A stretch of 64,000 nt of DNA from Chrysomallon squamiferum (Eukaryota > Animalia > Mollusca). A model generated the notes under the pieces. That model was not told where the DNA came from. It was given only the letters and a program-made list of their open reading frames with translations, and searched no databases. Shown piece after piece: positions 57,023 through 64,000 of the stretch (positions are counted from its first letter, which is position 1; each line of letters opens with the position of its first letter). The position numbers and the translations under genes are program-made. The stretch is from assembly GCA_012295275.1 (NCBI GenBank), contig CM022670.1, forward strand, positions 33,604,001-33,668,000, written 5' to 3'.

Positions 57023-58497
57023 CGTTGACAAATCTTTTCTCCCTTGTCATACCAAAACACCTGTTATTACATAACAGTTACCACTAACAAATCAGAATAC
57101 CTTTTTTTTTTTTTTTTTTAGAGCATACATCCAGTTAAGAACGAGATTTTTCTGTGACATTTCCACATTTTTTAAAATCTGCATTATGATGTTAAGGAGT
57201 TGGCACTTAAAAGAAATATAAATTGTTTCAAATACAGGAGCAGACTATGTCGTGAGAGCCAGACACAAATCTTGTTTAAAGTTTCTGCTTTAAAGAACGC
57301 AACAGCAAACAAGTTTGGAGTGGTGCATGCAGCTCTTCATTCTTTTACGATTCGGTTGTCAGTTAAATTGTTGATCGATTCATTCTTCTTCTTTTTTTTT
57401 TAAAGGCATTTTTTCTCCACGATGTTTTGTAAACAGTTCGTTTGTTTGCATGGACTTTTTTATAATCATGTGTACACTTGTGATTATCTAGATTTTCCTC
57501 TTTGGTTTAATCGATTTAATGCACATTTTGTCTAATGTTAATAAAGTATTTTGTCGTTATAAAAAAAAAAAAAAAAATTAAATTAAATTTTTAAAACATA
57601 GAAAAGAAAAAAAAAAAAAGATTCTAGAACGAAATGCTAAATGCGGATTTAGTGCTCGTGGTAAACTCTGTCGCGTACATTTTGTAACGACGTCAAAAGG
57701 TCCATAGCAACTGAATTCGCTTACAATTTCAATATAGCTGTGTTTTCAGGATTTAGCTCATCACTGGTAAACACAAGTGTGGTTGTTAATGATCAAAACA
57801 AAAATATTCAAAACATTTTCTCAATGCAGATTGTAAGGAATTACTACCAGAACATGGTTCATAAAAAAAAAAAAAAAAATAAAATAAAATAAAATAAAAT
57901 AAAATTAATAATTAATAATTAAATAAAAATAAAACTGATTGTGAAAACGTCACAAAAAGTGTCCTTTTTTTTTTTTTCTGAAGACTGAAAAATCGTTAAT
58001 AAACATTGTAAAGATAATTACAGTAAGAAATGTATTTACACTTCATGTAGTGATTGTATGCTACTGATACTACATTTGTATGTATAACAAAACTCTAAGC
58101 CAGAAATGTAAACACCACTGGTATCTGGATGTAACCATGTATGATAATCTGAATGCTTTGATACATGACGTTATCCCAAGTTGCACCGTCTGAACGCACC
58201 TGAATTCTATCTGTAGTTTTGTGGACTTGAAGCTTCACCGGAACTGTTCGTCCTTAGCATATCATGCAAGTGATTTCTTCATCTCACTGATTGCCTTTAA
58301 CTCGATGATAACTACTCCGTCTTGGATAATAAGGATGGAGATTCGATGAGAAAAAAAAAAAAACGAACGATAATTAATGAGTTATATGTTCAACAGGACA
58401 GAAATATTGGATACAGCTAATTAGATCGTGCAAGACAGTAGCTGGTCTAAAATACCTCATGTAATGACTGCACAAAAATTCGATTATTTCTCTTTAC

Positions 58498-58530
<33 letters not shown>

Positions 58531-61500
58531 CCGCCGAAATGAAAAAAAGAATCAAACCTGTCTATTAAAACGGTTTAGGTAGAAAAGAAAATTATCATTA
58601 ATTTTGAAAAGAAAAGGATTAAATGATGCTAGCAGCAGACGTAGCAGACGCTTAACTTTCCCTGTTGGTCGTTAATGACACCATTGAAAACGTTACTGTC
58701 GGCAGAAATTGAACCAGCCAGAGTTAAAAGCAGCAGCGATTAAATTATGCCGTGAATTCGTGTGACGTTTTAAAAGTTTTTATTGATTAATTAATTTAAC
58801 CTTTATTTATTTTATTTCTTTCATAACCCCTGTAATTACAGAAACGATTCTTTTTATACCTCTTTGTTTATTCTGTATGTAATGACTGTAAACAATGCGC
58901 ATGTTTATTCTAAATTTGTATTTCTAAATTTGTATTATAATAAATAATATTCCTCTGTGTCTGTTTTTTTTCTTTCTCTGCCTATCTATTTCTGTCTTTT
59001 TTTTTTACCTCTCTCTCTTACGTTTTCTTATCTAATTAAACAAAAATGTCATAATCATTAACCAGGTTGATTATAAATACTCCATTTATATTTCCCTTTT
59101 TTATGAGAAGCAAATCCTTGTAATGATAGCAATGTTTATTTTCATCTACGTATTACATATATATAGGTTGTTATTTTTTCTTTTCGTATGGTTTTCATTT
59201 TTTTAAGATGAAGCAATATTTATAAATTAAACACAGACTTTGTATATTGCAAGGATCAGCTTACACAAACAGTGAACTATTAATGATATGTTAATGTCAA
59301 TTCGGTATAATATCATTACTTTCGAGTGAAAAAAAAACACCCCACACACACGAAATAACTAAATGAGAAATTCTTTTCAGGATTTGTGGAGATTTAAAAT
59401 TAAATATTATGAACAATCTTAGTGATAAAAACATATTTAATATTTTGTTTATTATTTCTGCACTGAGTCAGTGCGTCTAAACGTCAGCAGTATATAAATA
59501 AAAATAAAAAATACTTGAAATAAAAATGCATTTTTGTCTGAAAAAAAGTTAAATCGTACAATAATTTCTATTTTATTTTACTCTGCGTGCACTGAGTCAC
59601 TGGTGCTAAATTTAACAATGTGGTTGAACACAAAAATGCTATTTGATTTGAAAAAAAGAAAGAAATTAAATCCTATTTAAGCATTGCTTTGATGTATCGT
59701 AATGATAACTACTGAACGCCGCTGTAAAAACGCATAATTCTTTTTTCCCTTTATTTTCTTTTATGGGTGCAATACGCTGGTTCGATCTGAACTGTCAGTG
59801 GTAAAACGGATCCTCGATTCACAGTTAATTATTAATCATTGTTAACACAGAGCAAGAACAGATGATAACTCGAAACGCGCCTATTGATTATTATACGTTA
59901 CCTTTGTTTTTCTTCCATGTGAGTAACTTACGTATATATACATACACATGCATGTATGCATGCACACGCACACACACACGCACACACAGACATATACAAG
60001 TATGCATAAATTCATGCATACATACATACATACATACATACATACATACATACATACATACATTTGTTATCTTTTTCAATCGACAGATTATGAATTAGTG
60101 CAAACTTTATGTTGAAATTCATATCCATCACATTATGTGTAAAATACATCCTTCGTTATTACGTTGTTGCTGTTGTTTTCATTGTTACTGTTACTGAATG
60201 CTGATGTTGCCTTTGTGCCGAAAATACATGACCACTATACTGTCAGTTAGACTACATACAGTGTGTTTTTTTTATTTCCATTTGCGCCTAAAAAAGACAT
60301 GACTGTCGTACTATTAATTATTCACGCCTAGTGCGTTTTATTATTTTCAAATTATTAATATTACTGCTACTTGAAATTGCTTTCAGATCTCTGTACTAAA
60401 TGTTAGTTTATTCGTTCTGTTCAAGCTGTATTCAAATCACACCCAGATAATATCCATTGCTATTCTGGAAACACTCGAAAATGTTTATGAAACAAAAGCA
60501 GGTAGTCAAGTTGCTGGGCTTAGAATGTTTGGTATTGAAACGATCTGAATTGTAGGTGGAGTTCGTTTTATAGCAAGCAGGTTGTTGTTAAAAATAAAAA
60601 TTTATAAAAAAATAAAAATAAAAAATAAAATACGAGAAGAGAAAAAAATTTACAAGTGCAACCAGTCTTTAAAAATTTGACCCGTCGCCGACATATGATA
60701 AAGCAGTAAAACTTAATTGTGTAAGCCGTCTTTTTTTTTTTCTTTCTTTCTTTCTTTCTTTTTTTTTTCTTTTTTTTTTATATGAGTGTACGCATGCGTG
60801 TCGCGTCGAGAATCCGACGAATGCATCGATGAATAAATTAAATGGGGGTGGGAAGTGTCGAGTCTTCCAATTGCTAATTCAGTTGTGCGTCTCAAATACG
60901 GTTCGGGTGTTTTCTCTAGACACATACCTACTGATGTATCTTATGTTATTGACCTTAGAGCCGGATTAAACACGTATAAACATTATACAAAATCACATAT
61001 ACAAGCTATGACAACTGGAGAAAAAAAACAACAAACAAATGTTTTCGTTCTGTTTTCGGCCCACTAAACGCTTCGACGGTTTCCTATGTATGAAACTAAA
61101 CTGCACCGAAGACATTGTGCAACGATTACTTAAAACGTAGTATGCTAATCTTTTCAAATATGCACAATTATTTATACCACTTATATCTGTTCCGCTACAG
61201 CTTTTCATCTTGACGGCATCAGCAGTTTTTTTTTTTTTTATTGTTATTGTTTGTTGTTGCTATCCCGGATTTGTTGTTAGTGTCATACATTTCATTTTTT
61301 TTTTTTTTTTTTTTTTTTTTTTCCTTTTCGGGTAAATATAGACTTTCTAACTATATCTGTTTACAATCAAATAATCCCGTCTTGGTTTTTTCTTATGAAT
61401 CTTCCAGCAATGAAAGGTAAAACAGTAAACATTCAGTTTGATATAAATAACAATTTAAAAACAAAATAAGAAAAGAAAAAAAAATTACACATACATACAA

Positions 61501-61858
61501 AAAAAAGCAAACAAAACACTTTCCTAATTCACTCACTTGAAAACTGAAATAAGGTAATGACAGTGACAAAACGTTTTGTAATCCAAAGAGTAAAAAAAAA
61601 AAAAAAAGTAATAAAAATAATAAAAAAAAAAAAAAAAAAGAAAAATTATGAATTCTGAAGCCATATTAATTTTAATTTGTTGAGTACTAGACAAACAAAT
61701 GATAAATGGGAGCACAAAGGATATTAAATAATAATAAAAAAGACATAAATGGTTAGGCTCTAGTATTTGTATGTGTGTACATCGTCATCTGTCTGTTTGT
61801 ATATTTGTGTATGTTGACAATGTGTGGTATGCGTATTTTTCTTTTTTCTTTTTCTTTT

Positions 61859-61897
<39 letters not shown>

Positions 61898-64000
61898 GTA
61901 ACGTCAAGTCCAAAGTAAGGTGAAGGTCATATGAAAACTACAAGTCATTATCGTGAAGTGAGTGCGTTAGCGGATCGCATTATGCTCAGCACATTGTGAG
62001 CACGTTGGTGTCATGCACGAATTAATGTACGTCTTTATCTGTAGCCGATTTCTCCTTTGGGCGTGCCGACATGATGTCTATGCAGCAGTTATGCTGTGCT
62101 TAATTTATGAGGTATTATTTACACTGCACAGCTGTCGTAAGCTGACTATCAGGTGTCCTAGGACATTTTTAAGTCCAAATTCTATGTACATTCTTTTTTC
62201 AAAAATGTAAATGGATATGTGCTAGTTTACATTTATTGCCTTATGAATAATTATAACAATAGCCGGAGTTAATATCACTGCATCGTGATGTGAAAAAAAA
62301 AGGTCGAGGTCAAAAAATTCAAATTAAGCTACAAAATATGACCGCTATTAGTGGGCACATGTTACGTGCAGGTGAAATAACACGAATTAATATGATATAA
62401 AAAGGGGCAGGGTATTTTTGAAATGAGCGTTGTCAGTTGCCCTTTATATGGGAAAGGAACAGTTTAAGTTGGTGCATATTTTTGTTTAGCCGTATTTGGC
62501 GCTGGGGTACAAAAATAAAGAAGAGGGTTAAAAAAAAAAAATAAGGCGAAGGAAAAAAGATTTAAAAAAAAAAAAAACAGGTCGTCGTAAGCCGTCTACG
62601 TTTACATCATTACAATGTCGGGGCAGACATCAGACTTTTATCTGATCCCTCGACCAAATGTTTCTTACATACGAAAAGTGGATGTGCAAACACAACACGT
62701 AAGGTCAAATCTCCTCACTTTCTATATCGGGAGTCATCGCCCTTTAACGTGTATTTGAGGAATGTACTTGGGTGTTGAATTTGGATGGCAAAAATTTTAA
62801 GAAAAAAGACTCATCCATAATGACAACATCTTTCGCTGTTTGTCTGAAACAACTGAGAGGATGCGGTCCGGCAATGGGGATTGCTTATCAAGTCGGTGCG
62901 AGTTTTCTTGCCGTCCGCCTTTGCTGACTGCTCGCGTCCTGATCATGTTCTGGTTTGGTCCGTGTCTCAAGGCGTCGACGTCAAACATCTCTGAGGGAAT
63001 GTTGTAGATTTGAGCAGTGTACATTCAAAAACAGCCCATTCCTCCTGTTACACACATTAAGCGAAACTTATTTTCTTCTTCATCCGCATGATGCTATAAT
63101 TTTTAATTTGAACCCTGCAAGCGTGATTAGATTTATAAATGGAAGAATGGACTAGATTAAAGACAATAAAAAACTATTTGTGAAGGTTTTACTTTCCAGG
63201 TAAGGTTATCAATTTACATATTGTATTTTATTTTCTTAACATTTGTCATGATTTAATCTAGATTTATAATTTTCACTGAAAATTCATTATATTTCGGTTG
63301 TCATTTAGTTATAAACTTGTATAAGACGCATGCCCTTATATTAATTCAATGTGCAACTTAAAAATCTGTTTTCAGCTAATAGTCATGTTAAATGAAATAT
63401 ACTGTAGGAATGCAACTTGATTTTTCGACTTCATTATTTTGTCCTCGTTATCTTTCTCAATCCTGCTAATCAACATAATCTTCAGTTCTTTCTACTGATT
63501 CTCTCTCTGCCCACTTCTTCGTCTTTCTCTTTCTCGTTATTCTCCTTCGTGTGATCCTTCCCCTGTTCCATTTTCTTTCCTCTTCAGTTTCTAATCTTCC
63601 AATTCAATACATTCTTTTTATTATTATTTAATTCCTGCGAAGGCCAATTAATTTCTTTTTTGAAATCTTTTCTTCATTTAGATACCACAGATTTAGCACT
63701 GGATTTATTTATATGAAAGCGAAGTTAGGGAAACGTGCTTCTAAGCATATAATACCATATATCTTCACCTTGATGCAAAATGCATTGATTCACTTCTTTG
63801 GGTGAAACGAGTTTACCTTAGTTACGGGTACGTGAACTCCGAGACGTTCTTATCATACCTAACCATTATGATGAGCAGATCTTCTTTTCAACAGCGCGCA
63901 TTCCGTCAGTGAATTCAAAACGCGCGAGCTTTGTTGTCAACAGTGAGGAGCGAGGCAAGCTTCGTCGTATTCCTTATAATTTAGCGTCAAATAGTTTACT

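Noticed and set aside
63420-63620. Purine-rich minus-strand stretch resembling a Glu/Lys-rich exon
   Set aside because: The best frame I read closes after about 30 codons and the sequence is low complexity.

Overview
This is AT-rich (roughly 30% GC, judged by eye), microsatellite-dense eukaryotic genomic DNA, not prokaryotic DNA. It is probably from an invertebrate; a few decayed repeats remind me of gastropod-type elements, but that is unverified. I can support no intact protein-coding gene, tRNA, rRNA or CRISPR array. Nearly all ORFs in the supplied track are translations of simple repeats or chance ORFs of 60-100 aa. What the sequence does support: (i) a decayed Tc1/mariner transposase 3' end with its terminal-repeat end and TA (30813-31106); (ii) two diverged copies of a tRNA-headed SINE (~10061 and ~13365); (iii) a pogo/Tigger-like MITE (21189-21368); (iv) a 32/30-bp minisatellite caught in a recent 735-bp tandem duplication, with a 160-bp higher-order repeat (6327-8320); (v) several older local duplications; (vi) dozens of di-, tri- and tetranucleotide repeats; and (vii) 0.3-0.6 kb CpG-retaining unique islands that look like cis-regulatory DNA, several sharing a (T/A)ACCGCGG motif. 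The window reads as a gene desert or a very long intron. I found no strong evidence for a new biological system, and the findings below are modest leads.
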